A stretch of 64,000 nt of DNA, taken from assembly GCA_012521055.1 (NCBI GenBank), contig JAAYNC010000062.1, forward strand, positions 14,315 through 78,314. Direction: 5' to 3'. Made by a program: the position numbers and the translations under genes. This document shows, in pieces, positions 49,158 to 57,789 of this stretch; positions within the stretch are counted from its first letter, which is position 1; each line of letters opens with the position of its first letter. Source of the DNA: Eubacteriales Family XIII. Incertae Sedis bacterium (GTDB lineage Bacteria > Bacillota > Clostridia > Peptostreptococcales > Anaerovoracaceae). The notes under the pieces are model-generated. The model saw only the letters and a program-made list of their open reading frames with translations. It was not told where the DNA came from and searched no databases.

Positions 49158-49163
49158 TATAAT
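49158..49163 (+). promoter_or_regulatory. candidate extended -10 (TGTATAAT) upstream of the dehydratase operon
   Basis: TGnTATAAT lies 190 nt upstream of the first dehydratase ATG. The -35 (TTTAAT at 17 nt) is weak. Confidence 0.35.
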
Positions 49164-49351
49164 CATCTACAATTATTTAGCTGTATAAGTAGTTGAGTAA
49201 ATAGTGGCTTAAATAGCTTCCAAAAACTTTGACATAAGTAATTGGCTGCAAGTAATGCATAAGTGAATCGCGTGCGAACAATATATTAAGTAAACAGCTT
49301 ATGATTAATTGCATAAATAATGATTGTTGTTGAAACATAAGGAGAACGCCG

Positions 49352-49837
49352 ATGGAAAAATCTAAAGTCTGGAAATTTAATCACAATGTAGATACGGATC
49401 AGATTATACCATCCCAATACCTGCTGTTGCCTACCATCGAAGAAATGAAAGCCTATACTTTTGAACCCCTTATTAAAGACTTTGCTAAGCAGGTTCAGCC
49501 CGGAGACGTCATCATTGCCGGTGAAAACTTCGGATGCGGATCTTCAAGGGAACAGGCGCCCCGCGTGCTGAAAGAATTGGGTGTCCGAGCCGTCATTGCA
49601 GGTTCATTTGCCAGGATATTCTTCCGGAACGCCATCAATATCGGACTACCGGCTATCATCTGCAAAGAAGCCTACGACAGGGTAAAACAGGATGACGTAG
49701 TGGAACTTGATATGTCGGAAGGATTGCTGAAGATCGAAGGCGAAACACAGACCTGCACCAGACTTCCCGAGTACATGCAGACCATTCTCAATGCCGGCGG
49801 GCTGATTGAATTTCTCAACAAGGAGGAAGTGGAGTAA
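49352..49837 (+). CDS. aconitase-family dehydratase small subunit (LeuD/HacB-like), copy 1
   Basis: DTDQIIPSQYL, GENFGCGSSREQAP, and FARIFFRNAIN motifs. Confidence 0.88.
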   Translation: MEKSKVWKFNHNVDTDQIIPSQYLLLPTIEEMKAYTFEPLIKDFAKQVQPGDVIIAGENFGCGSSREQAPRVLKELGVRAVIAGSFARIFFRNAINIGLPAIICKEAYDRVKQDDVVELDMSEGLLKIEGETQTCTRLPEYMQTILNAGGLIEFLNKEEVE

Positions 49838-51093
49838 TGGGAATGACAATAAGCGAAAAAATTATCGCCTCGGCGGCGGGTCTCGAGAAAGTTTCTGCAG
49901 GAGAAATCCACACGGTAAACGTCGACAGGCTCATGAGCAACGATGGGACCACACACCTCACCATCGATATGTATAACACCCTGCTAAAAAATCCGAGAAT
50001 TGCCGATAAAGATAAACTTGCATTCATCATCGATCACAACATGCCTGCCGATAATCCCAAAACAGCTGCAGCTCACAAAAAAATGAGAGACTTTGCAAGG
50101 GAACATGGAATCGCATTTTATGAAGGAAAAGGCGTGTGCCACCAGATTATGATGGAAGAATATGTACGGTCAGGCGAACTGATCTTCGGCGCTGATTCCC
50201 ATACCTGCACCTACGGAGCTCTCGGCGCCTTCGGCACCGGTGTAGGCAATACTGACTTCCTCTATGCCATGGTGACAGGCAAATCCTGGGTTCTGGTGCC
50301 TCCAACTCTTCGCTTTCACCTGACGGGGAAATTTAAAGAAGGCGTTTTTCCGAGAGATTTGATCTTGACGATTATAGGCGATATCGGGGCTGACGGCGCA
50401 ACCTATAAGGTTATGGAATTTACCGGCGAAGGCGCAAAAACCATGAATATCAACGAACGCATGGTCCTGGCCAATATGGCAGTAGAAGCTGGGGCAAAGA
50501 CCGGTATATTTGAGCCTGACGAAGCGGCTTTAGAATACCTGGAGAGCCACGGCCGAAAACCGAAACATCTTTTTAAAAGCGACCCCGATGCGGTATTTGA
50601 AAAGGAATACCATTACGATCTGAGTAAAATCGAACCCGTAGTGGCAAGGCCGGACAATGTGGATGACGTTGTCAGCGTAGATGAAATCGGCCATGTCAAG
50701 ATACACCAAGGCTTTATTGGTTCCTGTAACAGCGGCAGGATTGAAGAATTGCGCACCGCCGCATCCATCCTCAAGGGCAAAAAGATCGCTGATGGCGTAA
50801 GGCTGCTCATATCCCCCGCTTCCAATGCGGTTTACCTGCAGGCGCTACAGGAAGGTTTGATGGATATATTTATAGATGCGAGCGCAATGATCATGAACAG
50901 CAACTGCAGCGTTTGCTGGGGCGGCTGCCAGGGTGTCATTGGCGAAGGCGAAGTGTTAATATCAACGGGTACAAGGAACTTTAAAGGCAGGGCCGGCCAC
51001 AAAGATTCAAAAGTCTACCTTGCCTCGGCGGCAACGGTAGCAGCTTCCGCTTTGGCCGGTAAAATTGTCCGGTCAGATAGAGTCACCGCATAA
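49837..51093 (+). CDS. aconitase-family dehydratase large subunit (archaeal-type LeuC/HacA-like), copy 1
   Basis: GADSHTCTYGALGAF and IGSCNSGR motifs, plus a Cys pair in NCSVCWGGC. The start overlaps the upstream stop (TAATG). Confidence 0.88.
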   Translation: MGMTISEKIIASAAGLEKVSAGEIHTVNVDRLMSNDGTTHLTIDMYNTLLKNPRIADKDKLAFIIDHNMPADNPKTAAAHKKMRDFAREHGIAFYEGKGVCHQIMMEEYVRSGELIFGADSHTCTYGALGAFGTGVGNTDFLYAMVTGKSWVLVPPTLRFHLTGKFKEGVFPRDLILTIIGDIGADGATYKVMEFTGEGAKTMNINERMVLANMAVEAGAKTGIFEPDEAALEYLESHGRKPKHLFKSDPDAVFEKEYHYDLSKIEPVVARPDNVDDVVSVDEIGHVKIHQGFIGSCNSGRIEELRTAASILKGKKIADGVRLLISPASNAVYLQALQEGLMDIFIDASAMIMNSNCSVCWGGCQGVIGEGEVLISTGTRNFKGRAGHKDSKVYLASAATVAASALAGKIVRSDRVTA

Positions 51094-51135
51094 AGAACTA
51101 CTACTTGCCTGAAGATGGCATTATGGAGGTAATAG

Positions 51136-51627
51136 ATGAAAATCAAAGGAAATGTCTGGGTACTTGGAGATGACATAGATACGGATATAATCATACCCAC
51201 AGAATACCTGGCCATGAAAAGTATCGACGATATGAAACAATACGCTTTTTCACCCCTAAGACCTAAGCTAGCCGCATCTATACGTCCCGGCGATATAATC
51301 GTGGCAGGAAAGAACTTCGGTTGCGGTTCTTCGAGAGAGCAGGCGCCGGAGATCATAAAAAGCCTTCAGGTGGGCTGTGTCATCGCAAAATCCTTTGCCC
51401 GAATCTTCTATCGCAACGCAATAAATAACGGTCTTCTACTGGCAGAACACGATCTTTTGCCCGAGCTGGTCACCGAGGGGGACGAAATCACGGTCTCCGT
51501 GGGCGAATACATCGAACACAAAGGCAAAAGGTATGACCTCTCTCCCCTGCCCCCGAATTTAATGGAAATCATTGAGGCCGGCGGGCTTGTGGAAGCTATG
51601 AAAAAGAAGAATGCGCGAAATTATTAA
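51136..51627 (+). CDS. aconitase-family dehydratase small subunit, copy 2
   Basis: DTDIIIPTEYL, GKNFGCGSSREQAP, and FARIFYRNAIN motifs. Roughly 45% identical to copy 1 by eye. Confidence 0.88.
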   Translation: MKIKGNVWVLGDDIDTDIIIPTEYLAMKSIDDMKQYAFSPLRPKLAASIRPGDIIVAGKNFGCGSSREQAPEIIKSLQVGCVIAKSFARIFYRNAINNGLLLAEHDLLPELVTEGDEITVSVGEYIEHKGKRYDLSPLPPNLMEIIEAGGLVEAMKKKNARNY

Positions 51628-51718
51628 ACAATGTAAGCTATTTAAAAGTTCATAAAATCGAAAGTCCATAATCACAATTATATATATTTAATCGTTCCCA
51701 ATAGAAAGGGTTAATAAA

Positions 51719-52966
51719 ATGGGATACACCTGCATCGAAAAAATTATTATGAACAATCTCGGACTAAAGCATGTCCGTCCAAACGATATCGTCACCATTA
51801 ATGTGGACCGGGTCATGATTCATGACATCTTCGTCCCCTTTGTGTCGGAGAAATTCGAAGAGATGGGCTTTGATAAGATCTGGGATCCGGAAAAGGTTGT
51901 TTTAATTTACGACCATCTCGTCCCCACCAGCAGAGTGGAAGACGTTCGTCATTTTCAAATCGGTGACGCTTTTGCAGCCAAATACGGAATAAAGAACGTA
52001 CATAGAGGCGAAGGCATCTGTCACCAGCTCATGCCGGAAGCCGGTTACGTTAAGCCCGGAGACGTGGTCTTCGGTACCGACTCCCACACCACCACCTACG
52101 GAAGCATAGGCGCTTTTTCTTCCGGAGTAGGTTATACGGAAATGGCGGCCATTTTAGGAACAGGGCAGCTCTGGATTAAAGTCCCGGAGACCATTCGCGT
52201 AACCATCGACGGAAAACTGCCCGCTGGTGTCATGTCCAAGGACGTCATTCTTCGCCTGATCGGGGATCTTGGCGCGGACGGCGCAAATTACAAGGCACTG
52301 GAGTTTGCGGGCAGCGCCGTGGACTCCATGAGCATCGCCTCCCGCATGACAATTGCCAACATGTCAGTGGAAGCCGGAGCAAAGGTCGGTTTGTTTGCCC
52401 CCGATGAGAAAGTTGCTGAGTACTGCGAGGTTTCCGTTGAGGAAATTCCTGATATTTCAGCGGACGAAGACGCGAAATATGTGAAAGAAATCCGCTATAA
52501 AGCAGAAGAACTGTTGCCGGTTGTGGCCTGCCCTTCTTCCGTGGATAAAATAAAACCCTTAACAGAAGTGGAAGGCACACCCATCGATCAGGTGTTTATA
52601 GGTTCCTGCACCAACGGAAGATTGGAAGATCTGGAAATCGCCGCAAAGGTCCTCAGAGGGAAAAAAGTGGCTGATTATGTCAAGTTAATTGTCACGCCAG
52701 CCAGCCGGGAAGTTTATCGCCAGGCTTCCCAAGCCGGAATTTTAGAAACTCTGATAAAAGCCGGAGCCATCATCACCCATCCCGGCTGCGGACTCTGCTG
52801 CGGCAGAAGCGGAGGTATTTTAAGCGAAGGAGAACGGGTGGTTGCAACCAACAACAGGAACTTTCTCGGCCGTATGGGTCCCTCTTCCGTAGAAATCTAT
52901 CTCAGTTCGCCGGCTATTGCGGCCGCCAGTGCCGTTGCCGGCAGGATAGCTCTTCCGGCCCTTTAA
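51719..52966 (+). CDS. aconitase-family dehydratase large subunit, copy 2
   Basis: GTDSHTTTYGSIGAF, IGSCTNGR, and HPGCGLCCG motifs. Roughly 40% identical to copy 1 by eye. Confidence 0.88.
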   Translation: MGYTCIEKIIMNNLGLKHVRPNDIVTINVDRVMIHDIFVPFVSEKFEEMGFDKIWDPEKVVLIYDHLVPTSRVEDVRHFQIGDAFAAKYGIKNVHRGEGICHQLMPEAGYVKPGDVVFGTDSHTTTYGSIGAFSSGVGYTEMAAILGTGQLWIKVPETIRVTIDGKLPAGVMSKDVILRLIGDLGADGANYKALEFAGSAVDSMSIASRMTIANMSVEAGAKVGLFAPDEKVAEYCEVSVEEIPDISADEDAKYVKEIRYKAEELLPVVACPSSVDKIKPLTEVEGTPIDQVFIGSCTNGRLEDLEIAAKVLRGKKVADYVKLIVTPASREVYRQASQAGILETLIKAGAIITHPGCGLCCGRSGGILSEGERVVATNNRNFLGRMGPSSVEIYLSSPAIAAASAVAGRIALPAL

Positions 52967-54003
52967 GCCGAAAACCAACGGTAGAGACTGTTTTCGTTTA
53001 TTATAAGCAGCTCATTGTTGCGCACCGCCGTGTTCTCATCGGGAACATAGATGATGGGTTTTTGCACTTCATCAGCGATTTTAATCATATCCTTGATGCT
53101 GTAAACCTGGTAATACCGACTGAATTCCATGTCCGGTATTTCTTTCATGGCTACCATTCTGCTGCCATAGTTTTTTATTAACCCGCTGTTCTTTTTTCGC
53201 AACATTGCCAGCTCATCTGGTTCCTTAATGACGAACATCAGTATGGGGATAGCGGCTATACACAATAAAATAAGTACTGCGAGCAATGATACCTTAACCC
53301 GGTTAACGGGCAGAATGACTTCTTCCGTTTCCGTTACCGAACCTTTAATGGGTTCTCCCGCGCTCTTCTTCACCTGAAAGACATCTTCCAACAAAGGAAT
53401 CTCTAAATTTGTAGAAAAAGGAATCGTTACCTCTTCCTTGGTTACATTTGTGGTAACGGTGCCCAAAAGTTCTACGATAACCTCATTGGTTACATTCATG
53501 CCGGTAAGTTCTTTAGCCCTGACGGCCAGCGCGTCATACTCGTCCAGTGTAAAGTTAATCTGCTCGGTTGTGTTCCAGTTGTCCCCTTCTATCTCCACAA
53601 CCTTTTCCTCGGATAGAGGAAAGCTTTTCGACCAATAGATATTTTTTTTCTCAGCCTGACCCTGATAGCCGTTTACCGTGGCAAGGACTTGATACTGTAT
53701 CTTGACCGGGATGCTGTCGCTTCCCTGGTATTCCACGGCAAAATCTGCTTGAATATAATCAAGCAGTCGTTTGCTGTAATATCGTCCCTCTTCCAATTCG
53801 GTTCCGGGATATAATTCATTGGGCAGGATGTATACGGTATAATCCACGGAAGGATGACAGCTGTATTCGAAAATAACAGTCTCTTTAGTGGCTGTTTCCT
53901 CTTTTGTTATGGTGTTATAAGTCTGGATTCCTGCGAACAACAGGAGAAAAACAAGAATTATCAGAATAAACTTTTTTGTCTTCTTATGTAGTGTTAGTTT
54001 CAT
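52963..54003 (-). CDS. bitopic membrane protein of the SipW locus (DUF5305-like, tentative)
   Basis: N-terminal TM segment, an approximately 210-aa extracytoplasmic domain, a second TM segment (LLAVLILLCIAAIPILMFVI), and an approximately 90-aa C-terminal domain. It is the last gene of the locus, and its stop overlaps the convergent dehydratase stop (TTAA). Confidence 0.6.
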   Translation of the reverse strand: MKLTLHKKTKKFILIILVFLLLFAGIQTYNTITKEETATKETVIFEYSCHPSVDYTVYILPNELYPGTELEEGRYYSKRLLDYIQADFAVEYQGSDSIPVKIQYQVLATVNGYQGQAEKKNIYWSKSFPLSEEKVVEIEGDNWNTTEQINFTLDEYDALAVRAKELTGMNVTNEVIVELLGTVTTNVTKEEVTIPFSTNLEIPLLEDVFQVKKSAGEPIKGSVTETEEVILPVNRVKVSLLAVLILLCIAAIPILMFVIKEPDELAMLRKKNSGLIKNYGSRMVAMKEIPDMEFSRYYQVYSIKDMIKIADEVQKPIIYVPDENTAVRNNELLIINENSLYRWFSA

Positions 54004-54051
54004 ATCCTACCTCGACCTTTATCATTGTATACGTGTATTGTGTAAATTATA

Positions 54052-54078
54052 GGGTGCCTTAGGGGGATTAAGGCACCC
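54052..54078 (-). terminator. strong hairpin after the TasA-like subunit gene (partial terminator or stabiliser)
   Basis: GGGTGCCTTA-7 nt-TAAGGCACCC lies 48 nt after the stop of the 302-aa gene. The U-tract is weak. Confidence 0.55.
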
Positions 54079-54125
54079 GTATAAAAGAATTTAAGAATTA
54101 TAGAATATAGCTATTTCACTATATT

Positions 54126-55034
54126 TCAATACTCATTTGCTGAAGCATTGAACTGATCCCATCCGAATTTAAGTGTGAAGGATGCGTTCTTTAGCTGTGT
54201 TCTCGTATCATCATTATTTTTATAATTTGCTACAGAACCAGTGGTGTATACTCCTTCAGCATCCGGATCCATAGCAACACCTAAAATCAAATCCATTCTC
54301 CATTGATCATCATCCATGTCTTCGTTAACAGGATAGATACTGAGAAGATTGTCGCCGCCAACTGTGTAGTCATCCAATGCTGAAAGGCGTACAAACGGCT
54401 GTCCTCCAACATAGAAAACATTCTCATTTGGCAACAGATTAAATACTTCGTCCCCACCCTCTCTCATCACTTTCAATGATATGCCGATCATATTTTTTAC
54501 AGCATTATTATCGCCTGCAAAAGTGGCTTTAATTTGACTCAGCTTTGCTGCCAAAGTGCCGGGATTGACAATGTCAGTTCTGAAGAGCTGGGCATATCCA
54601 GGATAAATATCCTTTATAGATATTGCAATTTTGTCTGAAGACTTTGTTGTTCTAACATAGTCGCCAACGTCCTTGCCAAGGTTTTTCTTGTCAACTAATT
54701 TAGCATCAAATCCGGTTGTCGTATAACCTTGAATACGATCTTGGTAATCTTCTATTGCTTCTGGATCTGCTATAATGTTATAGAGTGGTTTATCATCCCA
54801 TTCTGTCCCCCGGTCGAAATATTTGTCTCCCAACTCTGGGTATATACCGTCAAAAATAGCCCAGCCAAGTTCATCGTCATACTGACCGAATAATGCCAAA
54901 TCCACAAACCTTACGTCGAGTTCCCCCGTTGATACCGTTGTGTTTACCTGCAGGCTATCCGTCCAGTAGGCGTATCCCATGCCCAGGAACAGCATCGCGC
55001 ACGCAAGGACACATGCTAATACTTTTCTCTTCAT
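54126..55034 (-). CDS. secreted protein with a SipW-class signal peptide (candidate major fibre subunit, TasA analogue)
   Basis: The N-terminus is MKRKVLACVLACAMLFLGMGYAYWTDSLQVNTTVSTGELDVRF. The start is placed at the ATG after AAGGAGAAA. Confidence 0.75.
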   Translation of the reverse strand: MKRKVLACVLACAMLFLGMGYAYWTDSLQVNTTVSTGELDVRFVDLALFGQYDDELGWAIFDGIYPELGDKYFDRGTEWDDKPLYNIIADPEAIEDYQDRIQGYTTTGFDAKLVDKKNLGKDVGDYVRTTKSSDKIAISIKDIYPGYAQLFRTDIVNPGTLAAKLSQIKATFAGDNNAVKNMIGISLKVMREGGDEVFNLLPNENVFYVGGQPFVRLSALDDYTVGGDNLLSIYPVNEDMDDDQWRMDLILGVAMDPDAEGVYTTGSVANYKNNDDTRTQLKNASFTLKFGWDQFNASANEY

Positions 55035-55204
55035 CTCCGTTTCTCCTTTTGAAAATATTTTTTTGGCTTTTCGCCTGTCAATAATTATATATCGGCGCAT
55101 GAGTCTCCAAAATTACCCGGCCGTTCACTCTTATATACGCCATTTGGTCCGTTTGCCTACCACTTCAGAGGTATACATGTTTAAATTACTTACTAAGCGC
55201 CTGT

Positions 55205-56437
55205 TCAGAATTCGACATCTCCTATATCCTCTCCTGTCGAACCTTTGATAAGTAAGGCGGGATAACCCACCTTCGGAACCACTTTAACCAGCGTTCCTTT
55301 AATGTCGTTCGGGTGTACAAGACGGCTGTCTTCCGTAGAGTTGTTGTCCCCCTTCGTTCTGAAGGTCAGGTTGCCGAGGCCGTCATCAATTACCTCCACG
55401 ATGCGGTGAGTAATACGGATATTATCCCTCTGAAACTGAATCACATCGCCTTCTGTAAGGCTTCTCAGCTGCTCTTCCGTCTGCATCTGCCTGATGAGAA
55501 TCACATCGCCGGGGTAAATCAAAGGTTGCATGCTGCCGGTGACCACCACAGAGGGCACGATGGGGAAGACGCCGACGATGAACCAAATAAGTCCTATGGA
55601 GAAAACTGCCGTCACCGACCAGCCGATAACCCCTCCTTTTTGTTCTTTTGCACTTTTATACCGGTGTTTTTGTTCCTCATACTTCCCGACAATGAAGAGG
55701 ATACAGCCGATGGGGACTAGAATACCGATGGCGCCTTCTGCCAGCCACATTAATGACGAGAGGATAGGAGAAGTCCAATGAAACAGCTCCTGTACTCCGC
55801 CGTAAAGAATTGCCGCGACCGGGCCTCCGTAGAGAGCAAGATAGGACAACATGATGTTAATACAAAGCTTGGGGCCAACTTCCGTAGAAAAACAGATCGC
55901 CATATCCTCAATATCGGATACCAGCGCCAATTTGGAATAATTTATATTGCAGGCGGTCATCAACAATGTTATGAAGATGAAAACTTTCAGGTTGTGCTTG
56001 TTGCAATATGTACCGAGTATGTAGCTTCGTATGACCTCCCGGGCAGCTAAAGCGGGAAGAACATAGAAAAGATTGCCGAGTATCCCTTTCGGCGATAAAT
56101 CGTAGGGACTTTCTCCAAGTTGTCCAAGCATGGATCCCACAAGAATCTTGACAGCGATAAGGATAACGGCACAGACCACCGCCTCCATATAAATCGTTTC
56201 CCTCTTTACAAGTCGACCCGCCGCATGAACCCTGGGAACAAAGAAAAACATTAGGATTAGAAAAACACACCAAATTGCCGGAAGTATCTTGCGATTAAAA
56301 AGATAAGTAAACTGATAAGAACTGCCCTGCATCCATTCCAAGAGAAAAGGTAACAGGGCAAGTCCTATAAAGAGGAACAGCAAAAGATTGCTGATCCTTC
56401 TGTACTTATTGATATTCAGCACTTCCATCCTTACCAC
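55205..56437 (-). CDS. sipW: SipW-type (ER/archaeal type) signal peptidase I fused to an N-terminal polytopic membrane domain
   Basis: The C-terminal ~140 aa carry TGSMQP (Ser), THRIVEV (His) and TKGDNN motifs, as in SipW. The preceding ~270 aa contain about 7 hydrophobic segments. The exact start is ambiguous (GTG 56437 or ATG 56428). Confidence 0.8.
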   Translation of the reverse strand: MVRMEVLNINKYRRISNLLLFLFIGLALLPFLLEWMQGSSYQFTYLFNRKILPAIWCVFLILMFFFVPRVHAAGRLVKRETIYMEAVVCAVILIAVKILVGSMLGQLGESPYDLSPKGILGNLFYVLPALAAREVIRSYILGTYCNKHNLKVFIFITLLMTACNINYSKLALVSDIEDMAICFSTEVGPKLCINIMLSYLALYGGPVAAILYGGVQELFHWTSPILSSLMWLAEGAIGILVPIGCILFIVGKYEEQKHRYKSAKEQKGGVIGWSVTAVFSIGLIWFIVGVFPIVPSVVVTGSMQPLIYPGDVILIRQMQTEEQLRSLTEGDVIQFQRDNIRITHRIVEVIDDGLGNLTFRTKGDNNSTEDSRLVHPNDIKGTLVKVVPKVGYPALLIKGSTGEDIGDVEF

Positions 56438-56488
56438 TTTCTCCGTTTCTTTTTATATCTTGTCCATGATGTCTTGTTCATTTAATAT

Positions 56489-56944
56489 TCAGTTGTCTTT
56501 ATCCTCTGCTTCCTGTGAAGCTTCAGGTACGTCATCAGTCTGAGAATCAGCTATTTCCGTATCCTCAGACAAATCTTCCTCAGCTGTTGTTGGGTCATAG
56601 GTCGCTTGGCCGGAACCCGCATTTGGAGAACCTGCATCCGGATCGTTAATTTCGGAGTTTGTGTTAGATTCGCCAGCCTGGCGATCTTCCGTTTCCGGCT
56701 CGGCAATTTGATTATCATCCGTTGCCGGCAAAATAGTATCCGGTTCTGCTGCCGGCTCTGCAGTCCCCTCTATTAGCTCTTCCTCCTGTGCCGGCCTGTC
56801 ATTGACAATGGGCAGCTCGATTTCAAATATGGCTTCGCCTGAAATTGTAAGCTGATCTGTCCAATAACCGTAACTGATGGTAATGATCATGAAAACTAAT
56901 GCGGTTATTGCGGTTAACGTCACAAATACTCTTTTTCGTTTCAT
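56489..56944 (-). CDS. secreted protein with a SipW-class signal peptide, a short beta segment and a long acidic low-complexity tail
   Basis: Translation MKRKRVFVTLTAITALVFMIITISYGYWTDQLTISGEAIFEIELPIV, followed by ~105 residues rich in E/D/P/T/A/S. Confidence 0.7.
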   Translation of the reverse strand: MKRKRVFVTLTAITALVFMIITISYGYWTDQLTISGEAIFEIELPIVNDRPAQEEELIEGTAEPAAEPDTILPATDDNQIAEPETEDRQAGESNTNSEINDPDAGSPNAGSGQATYDPTTAEEDLSEDTEIADSQTDDVPEASQEAEDKDN

Positions 56945-56959
56945 TACTATCACTTCCCA

Positions 56960-57730
56960 TCACTTTGCGTTGAATTGTTCCAGTACCAGCGGGATCTCAA
57001 AGCCATAACAACCCTGCAACGACAGCCTGAGATTGGTCTCGTCACCGATCTCATCATACATTTCCTCCGGCAAATCAAAATCAGACAGTAATAGGGGTCC
57101 TTCCGGAAGAAGTGTACATGGTTCCGTCTGCTCCAATACGATGGTTCCCTGCATCAGATTCTTTCGTTCGTTTATCATAAGAGTGTGGTGCACACGAAAA
57201 TCCCCCAGATCTTCAAGCAATGAATCGTAAATTATCTCCGGAATACGACCTAAGCCTCTGGTACCCGAGCCAAAACTTATGGAGTCGCCCTCAATGCTCC
57301 ACTTCGGTGTTCTTGTAGTTAATTTAAAGGGGATTACTCCTATGATGCTGCGCACCTGGTCTCTTTCATCGATGGTAGCCGCTCTCAAGATGCTCTGATC
57401 TTCCGTCGCTTTCATCGCATATCGGATGTGCAATTCCATATCCCCGTCTTCAAGCATGGACATAGGGATAGCTTCCATGTCCGTGATTCTGAGGGTCTTT
57501 CCGTCATATTCTATATCTGCATCCAGCTTCTTTATTTTGCCGTTTTTACCCATGATGCCGATTATGGCTCCCTCACCCTCTATGTCATGGAAATCAAAAT
57601 CCATGCTGCCCGTTGTGAGATCTGTTTCTACGGTCAAAAAATCCGTATAGGCCGCATAACTTATGCCCAGCATACCCACAGCGACTACTGCAATTAACAA
57701 AAGTCCTACCTTGTTAAATATCTTTTTCAT
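56960..57730 (-). CDS. secreted protein with a SipW-class signal peptide (TapA/TasA-like accessory subunit candidate)
   Basis: The N-terminus is MKKIFNKVGLLLIAVVAVGMLGISYAAYTDFLTVETDLTTGSMDFDF. Confidence 0.72.
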   Translation of the reverse strand: MKKIFNKVGLLLIAVVAVGMLGISYAAYTDFLTVETDLTTGSMDFDFHDIEGEGAIIGIMGKNGKIKKLDADIEYDGKTLRITDMEAIPMSMLEDGDMELHIRYAMKATEDQSILRAATIDERDQVRSIIGVIPFKLTTRTPKWSIEGDSISFGSGTRGLGRIPEIIYDSLLEDLGDFRVHHTLMINERKNLMQGTIVLEQTEPCTLLPEGPLLLSDFDLPEEMYDEIGDETNLRLSLQGCYGFEIPLVLEQFNAK

Positions 57731-57789
57731 CTTTTCCTCCGGTCACCGAGGGATTAAAATTAAACGGATTATGTATGCCAATCCCTCTA

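Noticed and set aside
52963-52966. 4-nt overlap of convergent stop codons (dehydratase large subunit 2 and the last fibre-locus gene) as a possible regulatory feature
   Set aside because: TTAA simply reads as a stop on both strands. There is no hairpin or other structure at the site. It implies transcriptional collision but is probably just compact gene packing.
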